Shown: positions 1-13,200 of the stretch, in pieces
Layout of the letters: each line of letters opens with the position of its first letter
Numbering within the stretch: the stretch's first letter is position 1
Source: Ophelia neglecta
Lineage: Eukaryota
Assembly (NCBI GenBank): GCA_965285935.1
Contig: OZ260661.1
Coordinates: forward strand, 20,584,001-20,648,000
DNA length: 64,000 bases
Reading direction: 5' to 3'
Translations under genes and position numbers: made by a program
Notes under the pieces: model-generated
Told to the model about the DNA's origin: nothing
Databases searched by the model: none
What the model saw: only the letters and a program-made list of their open reading frames with translations

Positions 1-861
1 ATTATCATTGTCGTTATCTTTGGTAGTGAACTTCATGCCGTTGGCGTACTTCATGGAATCCGAAGCAGTGGTAGAGGCGGTATTGTAGCCAGACACGCTC
101 AGCTTATATTTTGTATCTTCCCCAGCCACACTAAAGTGGGAATACTCGGCATACTTCTTATCCCCATTCCAGGCTGTTAGATCTACACGGAGCTTATAGC
201 CCCCTTTTCCGGTAAGTTGATGGAGTTTCTCTAAACCCAGCCAGAAATTTCCCCTGGGATCTCCAAATCCATTCCGGTAGTCGGTCCACCCTTTGTTGAA
301 GTCCACGCTGGAGTCCTGACGGTGAAGAAAGACGACGTCGGTGACGGGTATCAGTGTGAGTGTGGTGGCTTTAAACCCACGATAGTCGTTATAGGCGCTG
401 AACCACTTTATTCCACCATTGTTCGGCCCTGTTCCATAAAAACCTGTTAAATGTGCAAAGAAGCAGTTAGTGTACCACCAGCCAGCCTCCCAGGTACGGG
501 CACAGTTCCCACTCCACTGGTCGTTGTCCTTGTCGGGGGTGGAGAACTTGGCGCCGTTATGTTGTGTCAAACTATCTCCAGCTGTGGAGGAGGAGTCATA
601 CCCAGAAACAGAAATCTTATACATCTCGGTCTCACTGGCGACAGAAAACGTCGAGTAAAGGGCCCACTTCTTCTGTCCCGACCAATCAGTTAGATCCACT
701 CGGAGTTTGTAACGACCTTTGCTTGTCAATTCGTGTAGTTTCTCAAGACCAATCCATAAATCTCCATGAGGGTCACCAAAACCGACCTTATAGTCGACCC
801 ATTTTCGGTTGAAAGTTTGTCTCCCATCCTGGCGCCGCAGAGCGATAGTATTTGATGACGC
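1..861 (-). CDS. Tandem fibrinogen-related domain (2xFReD) protein, copy 1, main coding exon (3' end outside window)
   Basis: Acceptor tatttccag|GCG at 862/861. Hand translation is open for 287 codons: ASSNTIALRRQDGRQTFNRKWVDYKVGFGDPHGDLWIGLEKLH...DKDNDQWSGNCARTWEAGWWYTNC...GFGDPRGNFWLGLEKLH...FTTKDNDNDN. Colinear without net indel with 46760-47620. Probably absent from the ORF track because no stop lies inside the window. Confidence 0.9.
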
Positions 862-1727
862 CTGGAAATATATAATTAAAAAATCAAAAAAAATCAGAAA
901 CCCCAACTCCACTGAACTAAGGTGAAGCCATAAACCAACAACTGGTCAGCTCAATTCAAATGTTATTATACTATAAACAGCGGGATAAATCGCTTTCCAG
1001 CAATTTGTGTCGGTTAGTTTATATTTCGAAAACAACGAAAAGAAATACTGATGGATACTAGGCAGACATAACCAAACAGCTGATATAGATTCAAATGTGT
1101 GACATTGTATTGATGTAAGACTTCTGGCTTTCGCTTAATAAAGAACTTGCTTCAAATCGAGTCGCACTTTTGACTTAAGATTGCTAAAAAAGTGTTTAGT
1201 TGACACATTTTAGAGCAATAAAAGCAACAGAAACAGGCCCAGAACAAACAATTTTGTGAAAGACCAAATTTCCTGAAATACATATCCACGTTCCTAGAAG
1301 TGGTATTTCATTCATAAACACGGAGGAATTGAAGAAGTATATTATCCAAGACATTATTGACACATCTAACAAAGACCGGAATATGACGGGGGGAAATACT
1401 AGATGTAGCTGCTTTTGCGCGCATATGTATATATACCAGAAGAACAATATGGTCCTGTCACCCTGTAAGTGTCATATTTTATGGCCAGTAGATATTTTAT
1501 GTATAAAATGCGATAAAGGAATGGTATACCATCAACAACAAGAAATTTAACAAAAAAACATTAACAAAGCGTGTATTTTGACAGCCAAAACATAATTGCT
1601 GTACCGTACGTAGCACCATATGATACCAAAACTGGTTTAAGATATGGCAAATGATGGCATCGTTGTTACCAGTTTAAAACTGAAGAAAGACGACGATGGC
1701 CAGAACAATTACGCAGAGTGTACTTAC

Positions 1728-1889
1728 CTGCTTTCCTTGTAAATTTCGAATCTGCCCTCTAGATGTTTTGAGCAAGGAACCAGGTATGTTGTCGCTCAGT
1801 CCTGCTCGCTCATTTCTCTGCTCTTCGCAAGAAGTCTTACAGATCCATATTATCAATATGGCAATTTTCATGAAAGCCGACAGTGTCAT
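1728..1889 (-). CDS. Copy 1 first coding exon (signal peptide plus short linker, 54 aa)
   Basis: MTLSAFMKIAILIIWICKTSCEEQ...RNLQGKQ ends in consensus donor CAG|GTAAGT at 1728/1727. Phase 0 matches the phase-0 acceptor at 861. A pyrimidine-rich acceptor lies just upstream of the ATG. Confidence 0.75.
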
Positions 1890-1914
1890 ATTTCAGTTTG
1901 CTATAAAAGAACAT

Positions 1915-2140
1915 AAAGCAAGCAAGTATGTAAGTGTGCAATTAAGTCAGTTAATAAGTAAGTAAGTAAGGAATCAGGTAGGTGTCATATTTCAATTGGC
2001 TTCAATTATTTGATAGAAATTAAGTAAGCAAGTATGTAAGTAGGCAAAAAAGGAAGTAAATAAGTAAGTTAGTAAGCAAGTAATTGGGTATGTATGAAAA
2101 TGTAAATAAGTAAGCAGGCAGGTAGGTAAGTAAGGAAGAA
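1915..2140. repeat. Degenerate (AAGT)n simple repeat; mirrored as (ACTT)n at about 45480-45700
   Basis: Runs of aagt/aagc/taag seen directly. Confidence 0.7.
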
Positions 2141-2928
2141 ATATGCTAAAATGCCTATATTAGCTTTTGACTCACAGAACTATGAATTGCTTGGTCATGT
2201 GATACCAACATCACGTATGAATATAATTAGCGAGCTTAACAGCCGTTTAATAACTGTTAAATTGACTAAGAAGAGTAGCAGCTGGCTTTGACTAGGGCCA
2301 AATTTTCCAAAATTGATTATATATTTCCGGGGCTAACGGAGACATACAATAATTTATGTGAAAATGACAGAGTATGTTATATAACAATCTTGGCAGAAGT
2401 ACGTTTTGATGCATTCATTAAAATACCATTTTAGATATACGTCAACCCAAGTTTCCAAAATGATGAACTTAAAATATTGTCAGTTTTTTATGATTATTAA
2501 GTAGAAAGCAAAGGGGGCCATGGATATACCAATTTCACACTGAATTCTCGTGGGACAATTTTGGACAACGAAACAAAAGACACTAGGCATTAAGGAGTTA
2601 ATATAAATTAAAATGCGTTTTAATTCAAAAGAGAAATTAAACCAAAACAACGACCGAATATAAGTACATAGCAATGGATTTTTAAAAGCGGCAATGCATT
2701 TTATATTTCCGGCCTGAGACAAATGATGATTACAATATTAAATCTTCATTCCCTAACTCAGAAGGAAATACCAACCATAAGAAACAGCATTCGTATGAAA
2801 TGGACAATTAAAAGTTAAACTATGAAATATATAGCAAATGTGCCACCCTTTCTTGTCTGTTTCACTGTCGAACTGTTTTAAATATCGCTCGTCAAAAAGG
2901 GTGCAAGTATAAAGCAAATGACACCTAC

Positions 2929-2993
2929 CTCTGATGTCGAATTGCCTTCAATAATGAGTACAGCATGATCCTGAACTTCGTCCTCTCTTAACT
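2929..2993 (-). promoter_or_regulatory. Candidate transcription start / non-coding first exon of FReD copy 1
   Basis: Inr-like TCAGTT followed 65 nt later by donor AG|GTAGGT. Same arrangement at 44628-44692, about 25.9k and about 29.0k. Inference only. Confidence 0.3.
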
Positions 2994-3924
2994 GAAGTTG
3001 TAAAGAGTGTGCATCCTGAGTCTAAAGAGAGTCACTGTATAGCTGAAATAACACCTGACACTCAATGAAAGAGATATTTGATTAAAGGTATGATAGCTGA
3101 ATTTAAATGTTATGGAGCAGACATGACCAGACACAAACTGATTTGAATCATGATGAATTGCCGTTGCCTGATATTACTTGCGATGATGCTCACAAGATTA
3201 TTAGTGGCAAACACATGGCGGTGTCTGATCGGCTGCGATAGAAACAACGCAGTCAGACTGACGGTTCAAATGCTGGCTTGGAGATCAGTCCGGTCTGTTC
3301 ATATGATGATACTATCAAAATAAATACATTTATTAATATTAATATATGAATCCGGTTTGGAGAGCGTCTAAATTGTATGAAAGGAGACACAGCTGGCTAT
3401 GGTCTGGCCCGCGGAAAGGTTAGGGTTTATATTCCTGAATGCCGCGAAAATACAAAAGCAAAAGTTTCTAACCATGTCTCTCGACAAGATATATTACTAA
3501 ATGAAAGATATAAAATGAGCACCTAGCTGGCCGGCCAGGTGCATGTGTAATATCAATTTCATTGTGGACCCGAAAATTCCATCGATATACTGATAGCCAC
3601 AATTTGAAAATGTATTGGTGCTTATGGTTGACCCTGCGCTGCATAACCCACACAAAAAAAAAGACCTTCCTGGGCTTAATGTTACAAGGCTGTAATCTAT
3701 AGTCTGTGTGTTTGATGCACGTGTGTCTTCATGGCGACGTCTGAAGAAAGAAGGCGGCTAGATTCCCGCCATGTCTATATGCTAGTACATGTCTGTGAGT
3801 GAGGACAGCGCAACTCTGTAAAATACCGTCCTCCCAGTCTTCTGATGGGCCCTATGTGGCTGTAGCTCCACTCACAAAAAGGCTCCCTGATGGGTCGTAG
3901 TTTGATGAGCTAGTCGCTTAAGGA

Positions 3925-4645
3925 CGCGTCCGTCTGATCTCTATCATGATCGCAGAGCGACGCGTCAATCGGGCCTCTATCAAGATAATCGAGGGGCGTG
4001 TCCATCAGGTCTCTATCAGCATCGTCAAATCGGGCCTCTATTCTGATCACCGAGGGGCACGTCTATGGGCCTTCTATCGTGATCGCTGAGCAATGCGTCA
4101 ATCGGGCCTCTATCATGATCACCGAGGGGCACGCTCAACGGGCCTTTATCATGATCACCGAGGAACACGTTCATCGGGCCTCTATCATGATCACCGTAGG
4201 GCTTGTCGATCAGGTCTCTATCAGCATCGCTAAGCGACGCGTCAATTGTTCGGGTCCATCGGGCCTCTAAACTGAACACCAAGGGACGCGTCGATGGGCC
4301 CTCTATCATGATCGCTATGCGACGCGTCATATCGGGCCTCTGTCCTGATCACCGAGGTGCAAGTCCATGTAGCCTCTATCATGATCACTAACCGACGCTT
4401 CAATCGGGTCTCTATCATGATCACCGAGGGGCGTGTCCATCGGGTCTCTATCAGCATCGCTGAGCGACGCGTCAAATCGGGCCTCTATACTGATCACCGA
4501 GGAGCACGTCCATGTGGCCTCAAGCATATTCGCTAAGTGACGCGCCAATCGGGCCTTTATCATGATTACCTAGGGGCGTGTCCATCGGGTCTCTATCAGC
4601 ATCGCCAAGTGACGCGTCAAATCAGGCCTCTATACTGATCACCGG
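3925..4645. repeat. CpG-rich 36(-37)-bp tandem repeat with alternating unit types
   Basis: Units ATCGGGCCTCTATCATGATC+ACCGAGGGGCGCGTCC and ATCGGGCCTCTATCATGATC+GCTAAGCGACGCGTCA. Confidence 0.9.
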
Positions 4646-5794
4646 TTTAAAGAGATTCACGGAGCAATGGAGCTGGAAGGATCAACACAGCCTTAACCAA
4701 AGGCCCTTCCCCCCTCCTCCCTCCAACCTCCCCCGACCGACCAGACCCGCCCGCCACACTCTTGAACAGGCTGGGGATAAATGAATTATGAATTCTAAGA
4801 TGTCTATATCTTTGGCATTCAGAACTTCGTTTTAAATACTTCACTCAAATTTATATCTTCGAAACTTAAAATGTCAGTTTCTACTTTTGATTATTTGTGT
4901 CTCGGAAAGTACCACTAGGTTCCCACTACTCGAGTGTGCAACGAAAATGCTTCGGCCATAATAATATAAATGGCTTTTGCTCTTTGAAATTAAACATTCA
5001 GATCCGTTGTTGATACCATCACGAATGTTGTGCATGCATCCAATCAATTATATGTGTAGTGTTGAATCGATCAAGCGTTAGGTCGTCTACAAATGATACC
5101 AAATGAAAAAGCAACTGGCTTCAACAGAATTATATATTTTAGTTGGTACAATATTCCAGCTATAGTCCGACAAACAGATCGATAATATGAATGGAAATGC
5201 CCTTCATCTAGATATGTTCCAATGCGAAATTATAAAAGTGTAAAAACCGAATTCTACACTAGGCGTGAATTACAAATCAATAAGTAAACGTGAATAATTC
5301 AGATTAAATTTGCTGATCTCGTTTAGTGACATCTGCTATGGCGGGTAATTTTTGGCTGGTGTTTATGGTAAACAAGGCTTAACGTATTGCAGGGGTAATG
5401 ATTAGCGGGAATGCAATATTCAACATACTATTCATACACTTGTGAAGTAAAGTTCAGGCCATCACGACAAGATAACTTTCGCCACATCACTACACTAAAA
5501 TATAAAGCACCCAAGAACCTAGTAGCTCGTCAGTATTATTTTTCAGGCTTCTCTCTGACGCCTTATTTTACAAGTTTAAGCAATGACGAATCGCATCCGC
5601 ACCCAAACAGCGTCCTGCTGCCAAAGACGAGCTTCTGTTGACAATATAAGTAACTGTAGTTTAATTTGTGCCAACTGAGAAATTATGCACAATGTAAAAC
5701 CCGGTATTCCTTATTTAAACAGCAGGGGCAGTTTGCCTACCAGCACATCGTTGTAATTCAAACATGGAGAACAGAACTCATTCGACCCAACCTA

Positions 5795-5930
5795 TGTAAC
5801 AGGTATATGTGTGCCTGATCATGGGCACTGGACCATGGTCACAGCACCCCTACTAGATCGGCCAGTGGCCTCCGCCCCTTAGCTCAATCGGTAGAGTCGA
5901 TGCGTGGAAAGCCAGATGTTTAAGAGCTTT
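5795..5930 (+). mobile_element. Remnant with tRNA-like A-box (SINE head or tRNA-bearing LTR fragment); paralogs at about 13290 and 41530 (inverted)
   Basis: TGTAACAGG start followed by CCCTTAGCTCAATCGGTAGAG. No intact B box or cloverleaf. Confidence 0.3.
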
Positions 5931-6329
5931 AAGAAGAGGTTGGATACCCGGTAGACAAATCATATTAAAAATCCTATCTTACTGCCCTAGTAAATGCACA
6001 TAGGTATTTGGAATATATACTATACATGTACTTATCTTTATCCAATTTCTCACAACTAATCGACAGACCTAACGCTGATAATCTAAAGTTGAGGATGTGT
6101 CTTTTTGAGAGTCTACAGAGCCTTCTTGATATAGGCCAATGTCTTCTGCATATTGAGAGTGGTTTCTATAGAGCGCCTTTTTTTTATTTACCTCGACTTT
6201 CTGGAGAGCTTACAAAATGGTAAATGTAATAGGGAACAAAAAGAAATCAGGTAAGTGAACATAAACTATAGCACACATGGCAAAAGAGGTTATACATTCA
6301 AAAGAAATGAACAATATATACAAATAGTA

Positions 6330-7797
6330 TTAATCGAGTATAAACATGTTATTGTTGCACCAGGGTTCGAGAGGGTGTATATTTACTGCTGTCCAGGATT
6401 CCTTTTACTGTACCTGGTGTAAATACATTGCAGAATACTATGTCTTACATATGGCGAGTATGAAGCGCTATTCAAAATTCGAGCACAGGAACGTTTTGTT
6501 GTATCTGAATCAACTTATTCTCGGAAAAGCACTGCCATTTCCCTCACCAGAACCTGGCACATGAGTAGAAAGTTTGGGAGGTCGTCCTCCTCGGCCTCGC
6601 ACAGCGGACATTGGTTTATTCTGTTTTCGACGTATCTACCGGAATGCGTACATATGCCGGAAGTTCCCGTGAGAAGTTTTGTGATCAATTGACAGCCTCG
6701 AACGTCCTGCATTGCGGAGGCATCATCCCCCCAACCATGCCTGTGATATTCCAGGGAGACACATTATTGAAATCAGCAAGGGATGGGTTAGTCGTACATT
6801 CGATGGCCCATTTCTGCTCAATGTACTTCAATGAAACTGACCGTGAGTGCTTTTTCCATTGCAGTTTGGGCGGGACTTCTCCGCTTTGAAGCCATGAGAA
6901 GAGTGTGCGCTCCAGGTTGTATTTTTTGAAGGTATCCAGCAGGACCCCTACTGGACTATTGCCGTTATACTCTCCAGAGACTTCGGTTACAGAGGTAACG
7001 CGTATGATCATTCTCTTGTAGATATTTGCACTCGGAAGCTCAAGAATGTTCCTCATAAGTTGAAGCCTTTTATGGTCTAGATACTGCCTGATTGATCCCC
7101 AGCCGATGGTGACCGAAGTTGCAGGGTTGGGGGCCTGGGAATCTCCTGGCTATTTCCTGATGTATCGACTCTGCTATCTACATCTGCTGCCTATTCAGAT
7201 TCAGGAGTTCAAGTCCATATAAGAATCCCGGTACTACGACTGTCCAGTAGAGCTGACCGAGTGTCTTGGTGTTGATTTTACCAAACTATGTACCAACGCC
7301 CAGGGCGTTCACTTGTCTCCTTGCTTTAGCTGCCCGATCCTTAATGGCCACCGTCATGTGCTGTAAGGTAGAAGTCAAAGTGACGCCGAGGTGCGTTGCA
7401 GATGATATCTCAGTGATTAATTCTTTCCCGATCATTATCTTAGTGCTCCTTTCTTCGTTGGCATTACCGAATCTCAATATGTCACATTTAGATGCATTGA
7501 AATCCAGTCACCACTTCCGGCTGAATTCAAGAGCAATATTGCAAAGTTTCTGCATTTGGTTGTATGGTTACCGACATTAAGGGAATGTCGTCCGCATACC
7601 CAGGGCTTGTGACGTCAATGCCATGTAATAAGCAGGGACTTTCGGGGAATATAATGTTTCCTGCACAGGTTGTCAGCCTCTCAAACAGTTCATTGTAGAA
7701 GAATACAAAAAGCATCAGTGACAGCTTCCCTCCTTGGTGAAGGCCTTGTTGGACAGAAAACCATTTGGATAATTTTCCGTCTATTTTCACAGCGCTT
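6330..7797 (-). mobile_element. 5'-truncated decayed LINE ORF2 (RT C-half plus C-terminal CCHC); same insertion as 13830-17290
   Basis: QGLHQGGKLSLMLFVFFYNEL, SPGYADDI, CPLCEAEEDDLPNFLLMC, with frameshifts. 3' flank matches that of the 13.8k copy. Confidence 0.88.
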
Positions 7798-8124
7798 GGG
7801 CGGCGACTGTGTATACCCATTTGTCTGACTCGGCAAGGTGGAATGAGCCATAGTTGGAAATGAAAGCTGATTATGCCCTGAATTGTCTACACCAAGTGAA
7901 GGCGACTGCCATGTCAAAAGGGGCGATAAATACGAAGACGAAGATACCTCTGGCATGGTTGTTACTGGATGTGGTTCTATCTTGTAGTGGCTGTAATACT
8001 TCTGACATTTATCTGCATTGATCTCTCTAATGCTATGCAATTCTGCCCTATTTCTCGTTCAATAGTTGAAATTTGCCTCCTACCATCTTCAATTTGAGAC
8101 TGCAACTCCACAGCATAAGCAGTA

Positions 8125-8735
8125 GGATCCATTGGTCCCAAGGCCCATTGGTCCGACGACCCATTAGTCCGACGGCCCGTTAGTCCGACGACCCGTTGGT
8201 CCGACGGCCTATTCGTCCTATTTCACGTCTTTTTTATTGTTAATTGTCTTACCACCTGGGTGATGTTTAGTCAAAAAAAAATGTACATTTTCGGATTAAT
8301 TGGAGAAACTGTGTGTCATGTTTTGTAATTAGAATTTAGTTAAGTATCGAGAAACTATATTTCCTGCAACTGTACCTCACAGGTCCGAACTGCCGAGACT
8401 AAACATCACCAATAAGACGGGGCCAATAGGCCGTCGGACCAATGGGTCGTCGGACCAATAGGCCGTCGGACTAATGGGTCGTCGGACCAATGGGTCGTCG
8501 GACTAATGGGTCGTCGGACTAATGGGCCGTCGGACCAATGGGTCGTCGGACCACTGGGCCGTCGGACCAATGGCTCGTAGGACCAATGGGCCGTCGGACC
8601 AATAGGCCGTCGGACCAATGGGCCGTCGGAAATTCGGCCCAATGGCTCGTCGGACCAATGGGCCGTCGGACCAATAGGCTTTAGGACCAATGGCTCCTCG
8701 GACCAATGGTCGGTCGGAATTTCGGCAGTCCCCGA
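8125..8735. mobile_element. Foldback/MITE-like element with inverted arrays of a 16-bp unit
   Basis: Left arm (CATTGGTCCGACGRCC)n at about 8128-8215, a spacer of about 200 bp, and a right arm of the reverse-complement unit (GGYCGTCGGACCAATG)n at about 8420-8720. Confidence 0.65.
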
Positions 8736-8789
8736 CCCGGTGAAGGACAGTCTCTCGTAAATGGATGTCTCCGTTAGAGCAAGTATCTC

Positions 8790-9760
8790 TGTAAGAGTGT
8801 TTTAGGTGTCCATGGTTGGACAAGTTTCTCTGTAAGAGTGTTTCAGGCGTCCATGGTTGGACAAGTATCTCTGTTAGCGTGTTTTAGGTGTCCATGGTTG
8901 GGCCAGTCTCTCTTTTAGAGTGTAGTTGGTGTCCCCAGTAGGGTTAGTCTCCTTGTTAGAATGTAGTGGGTGTCCCCAGTAGGGTTAGTCTCCTTGTTAG
9001 AATGTAGTGGGTGTCCCCAGTAGGGTTAGTCTCTCTGTTAGAATGTAGTGGGTGTCCCCAGTAGGGTTAGTCTCCTTGTTTGAATGTAGTGGGTGTCCCC
9101 AGTAGGGTTAGTCTCCTTGTTAGAATGTAGTGGGTGTCCCCAGTAGGGTTAGTCTCTCTGTTAGAATGTAGTGGGTGTCCCCAGTAGGGTTAGTCTCCTT
9201 GTTAGAATGTAGTGGGTGTCCCCAGTAGGGTTAGTCTCTCTTTTAGAGTGTAGTTGGTGTCCCCAGTAGGGTTAGTCTCCTTGTTAGAATGTAGTGGGTG
9301 TCCCCAGTAGGGTTAGTCTCTCTGTTAGAATGTAGTGGGTGTCCCCAGTAGGGTTAGTCTCCTTGTTAGAATGTAGTGGGTGTCCCCAGTAGGGTTAGTC
9401 TCCTTGTTAGAATGTAGTGGGTGTCCCCAGTAGGGTTAGTCTCTCTGTTAGAATGTAGTGGGTGTCCCCAGTAGGGTTAGTCTCCTTGTTAGAATGTAGT
9501 GGGTGTCCCCAGTAGGGTTAGTCTCTCTTTTAGAGTGTAGTTGGTGTCCCCAGTAGGGTTAGTCTCCTTGTTAGAATGTAGTGGGTGTCCCCAGTAGGGT
9601 TAGTCTCCTTGTTAGAATGTTGTGAGTGTCCCCAGTAGGGTTAGTCTCTCTGTTAGAATGTAGTGGGTGTCCCCAGTAGGGTTAGTCTCTCTGTTAGAGT
9701 GTAGTTGGTGTCCCCAGTAGGGTAAGTCTCTGTTAGAATGTAGTGGGTGTCCACGATAGG
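8790..9760. repeat. 41-bp minisatellite (about 21 core units plus degenerate flanking units)
   Basis: Unit TAGTGGGTGTCCCCAGTAGGGTTAGTCTC(CT/TC)TGTTAGAATG. Confidence 0.97.
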
Positions 9761-10297
9761 GCCAGTTCGTGGTAAATGGATGTCTCCGGTACCAGTCTCT
9801 CGGTTTTTCTATCTCACTTTATTTAATATTCCAGGGAAGACAAATTCGCAAGGTTAGACTTCTCATCACACCTTATTTGTTTATCTCTGCGACTTATTTT
9901 TAGCCATTTATTTACAGTTATAGTACTGGGAATTACATTTTCTGTGCCATGCCCCGTATTTGGGTCGCTGTAGTGAATCTTCCAACTTATTATGTTCGAC
10001 ACAATAACACACAAACAATCTCGGTTATGGTAAACTTCTGCATATACACTTCCTAAAAATTCCCCTAGATCGTGCTTTGCAATTACACATGGGCTTTCAT
10101 CAGGTGTTTTAAGGTCCAAAGTGTTTATGCATATTTGATAGTGGCCAGTTGTCGGGACTTGAGGTTCGATAGGGTGTGTAAGTCGGTTGTAACACAAGCT
10201 GAAACACATTTTATTAAAGTAAATTTGAAGAGGGAAATGAAGAATATTGTGAGACTGTCCACCTAACGGCACTTGTAATTGAATCTACAATATCATG

Positions 10298-13200
10298 CCT
10301 GATATTACTTGCAATGATGCTCACACGATTATTAGTGGCAAACACATGGCGTTGTCAGATCGGCTGCAATAGAAACAATGCAGTCAGACTGACGGTTCAA
10401 ATGCTGGCTTCGAGATCAGTCCGGTCTGTTCATATGATGATACTATCAAAATAAATACATATATTAATATTAATATATGAATCCGGTTGGGAGAGCGTCT
10501 AAATTGTATGAAAGGAGACACAGCTGGCTATGGTCTGGCCCGCGGAAAGGTAGGGGTTTATATTCCTGAATGCCGCGCAAATACAAAAGCAAAAGTTTCT
10601 AACAATGTCTCTCGACAAGATATATTACTAAATGAAAGATATAAAATGAGCACCTATCTGGCCGGCAAGGTGCATGTGTAATATCAATTTCATTGTGGAC
10701 CCGAAAATTCCATCGATATACTGATAGACACACTTTGGAAATGTATTGGTGCTTATGGTTGACCCCGCTCTGCATAACCCACAAAAATAAAAAGAGCTTC
10801 CTGGGCTTAATGTTACAAGGCTATTATCTATAGTCTGTGTGTTTGATGCACGTGTGTCTTTCATGGCGACGTCTGAAGAAAGAAGGCGGCTAGATTCCCG
10901 CCATGTCTATATGCTAGTACATGTCTGTGAGTGAGGACAGCGCAACTCTGTAAAATACCGTCCTCCCAGTCTTCTGATGGGCCCTATGTGGCTTTGGCTC
11001 CACTCACAAAAAGGCTCCCTTATGGGTCTTAGTTTGGATGAGGTAGTCAGTTAAGGACGCGTCCGTCTGACCGCTATCATGATCGCAGAGCGACGCGTCA
11101 TTCGGGCCTCTATCATGATCGCTAAGCGACGTGTCAATCGGGCCTCTATCATGATCACCGTGGGGCGCATCCATCAGGTCTCTATCAGCATCGCTAAGCG
11201 ACGAGTCAATTCGGGCCCCTATCCTGATCACCGAGGGGCACGTCCATGGGCCCTCTATCAGGATCGCTTAGCATCGCGTCAATCGGGCCTCTATCATGAT
11301 CACCGTGGGGCGCATCCATCAGGTCTCTATCAGCATCGTTATGCGACGAGTCAAATCGGGCCTCTATCCTGATCACAGAGGGGCAACTCCATGGGACTTC
11401 TATCATGACTGCTAAGCGACGCGTCAATCGGGCCTCTATCATGATCACCGAGGGGCGTGTCCATCAGGTCTCTATCAGCATCGCTAAGCGACGCGTCAAA
11501 TCATGCCTCTATCCTGATCACCGAGGGGCAAGTCCATGGGCCCTCTATCATGATCGCTAAGCGACGTGTCAATCGGGCCTCTATCATGATCGCCGAGGGG
11601 CGCGTCCATCAGGTCTCTATCAGCATCGCTAAGCGACGCGTCAAATCATGCCTCTATCCTGATCACCGAGGGGCATGTCCATGGGGCCTCTATCATGATC
11701 GCTAAGCGACGCGTCAATCGGGCCTCTATCATGATCACCGAGGGGCGCGTCCACCAGGTCTCTATCAGCATATCTAAGCGACGCGTCAATCGTGCGGGTC
11801 CATCGGGCCTTTGTCTAGAACAGCAAGGGACTCGTCCATTAGGGCTATATTTGCATCGTCAAGAGACGCGTCAAATCAGGACTCTATACTGATCACCGAG
11901 GGGCGTGTAAATCAGTTCTCTATCATCATCGCAAAGCGACGCGTCAATTGTTCGGGTCCATCGGGCCTCCATGGGGTCTCTATCATGATCACCGAGGGGC
12001 GCGTCCGTGGGGCCTCTATCATGATCGCAGAGCGACGCGTCAATCGGGCCTCTATCATGATCAACGAGGGGCGCGTCCATCAGGTCTCTATCAGCATCGC
12101 TAAGCGACGAGTCAAATCGGGCCTCTATACTGATCACCGGTTTAAAGAGATGCACGGAGCAATGGAGCCGGAGGGATCGACACAGACTAAACCAAAGCCC
12201 CCCCCCCCCCTCCTCCCTCCAACCTCCCATGACCGACCCGACCCACCCGCCACACTCTTGGACAGGTTGGGGATGAATGAATTATAAATTCTAAGATGTA
12301 TTTATCTTTGGTAATCAGAACTTCGTTTTAAATACTTCACTCAACTTTATATCTTCGAAACTTAAAACGTCAGTTTCTACTTTTGATTATTCGTGTCTCG
12401 GAAAGTACCACTAGGTTCTCACGACTCGAGTGTGCAACGAAAATGCTTCGGCCATAATAATATTAAAGTCTTTTGCTCTTTGACATTAAACATTCAGGTC
12501 CGTTTTTGATACCATCACGAATGCTGCGCATTTATCCAATCAATTATATGTGAAGTGTTGAATCGATCAAGCGTTAGATCGTCTGCAAATGATATCAAAT
12601 TAAAAAGCAACTTGCTTCGAGAGAATTCTATATTTTAGTTGCTACAATATTCCAGCTATAGTCCGACAAACAGATCGATAATATGCAGGGAAATGCCCTT
12701 CATCTAGATATGTTCCAATGCGTAATTATAAAAGTTTGAAATCGAACTCTACACTAGGCGTGAATTATAAATCAATAAATAAACGGGAATAATTCAGTTT
12801 AAATTTGCTGATCACGTTTACTGACATTTGTTATGGCGGGTAATTTTTGGCTGGTGTATATGGTAAACAAGGCTGAACATATTGCAGGGGTAATGATTTG
12901 CGGGAATGCCATATTCAACATACAATTCATACACATGTGATGTACAGTTCAGACCTTCCCGACAAGATAACTTTCGCCTCATCAATTCACTGAAATATAA
13001 AGCCCCTACGAACCTAGTAGCTCGTCAGCACTATTTTCAGGCTTCTTTCCGACGCCTTATTTTACAAATTTAAGCAAAGACGAATTGCATCCGCCCCCAA
13101 ACAGCGTCCTGCTGCTAAAGATGAGCTTTTGTTGACAATATAAGTAATTGTAGTTTAACCTGTGCCAACTGAGCTATTATGCACAATGTAAAAACCAGTT

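Larger units (their letters stand above)
1..10215. repeat. Segmental duplication arm, inverted copy of about 36040-47620
   Basis: Same order in reverse complement: FReD exons, upstream block, 36-bp array, truncated LINE, 16-bp element, 41-bp minisatellite and flank. Confidence 0.92.

Noticed and set aside
451-812. Plus-strand ORFs over copy 1, and equivalents at 24010-24961 and 46809-47170
   Set aside because: Antisense shadows of the FReD exon.
1674-1727. C-terminal transmembrane helix (VSTLCVIVLAIVVFLQF) of a 71-aa membrane peptide
   Set aside because: It lies after a consensus phase-0 donor and is best read as intron. An intron-retention isoform is possible because the frame is also open in copy 3, but nothing here supports it.
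3731-3900. DIRS-like gag start (MATSEERRR...) before the 36-bp array
   Set aside because: Stops after 23 codons and no RT or tyrosine recombinase follows.
3925-4645. CRISPR-like array (constant 20 nt plus variable 16 nt)
   Set aside because: The variable parts are two recurring types rather than unique spacers, there are no cas genes, and the context is eukaryotic.
9823-10272. 149-aa ORF with related ORFs at 23043 and 35761
   Set aside because: Frames and ends differ among paralogs and no domain was recognised; probably decayed repeat sequence.
11004-12287. Repetitive ORFs (RASIMITEGRVH / DHDRGPIDASLS), also at 4.0k, 26.8k, 29.7k and 43.1k
   Set aside because: Open on both strands because of the 36-bp period, broken by 37-bp units, and not conserved in frame between copies.
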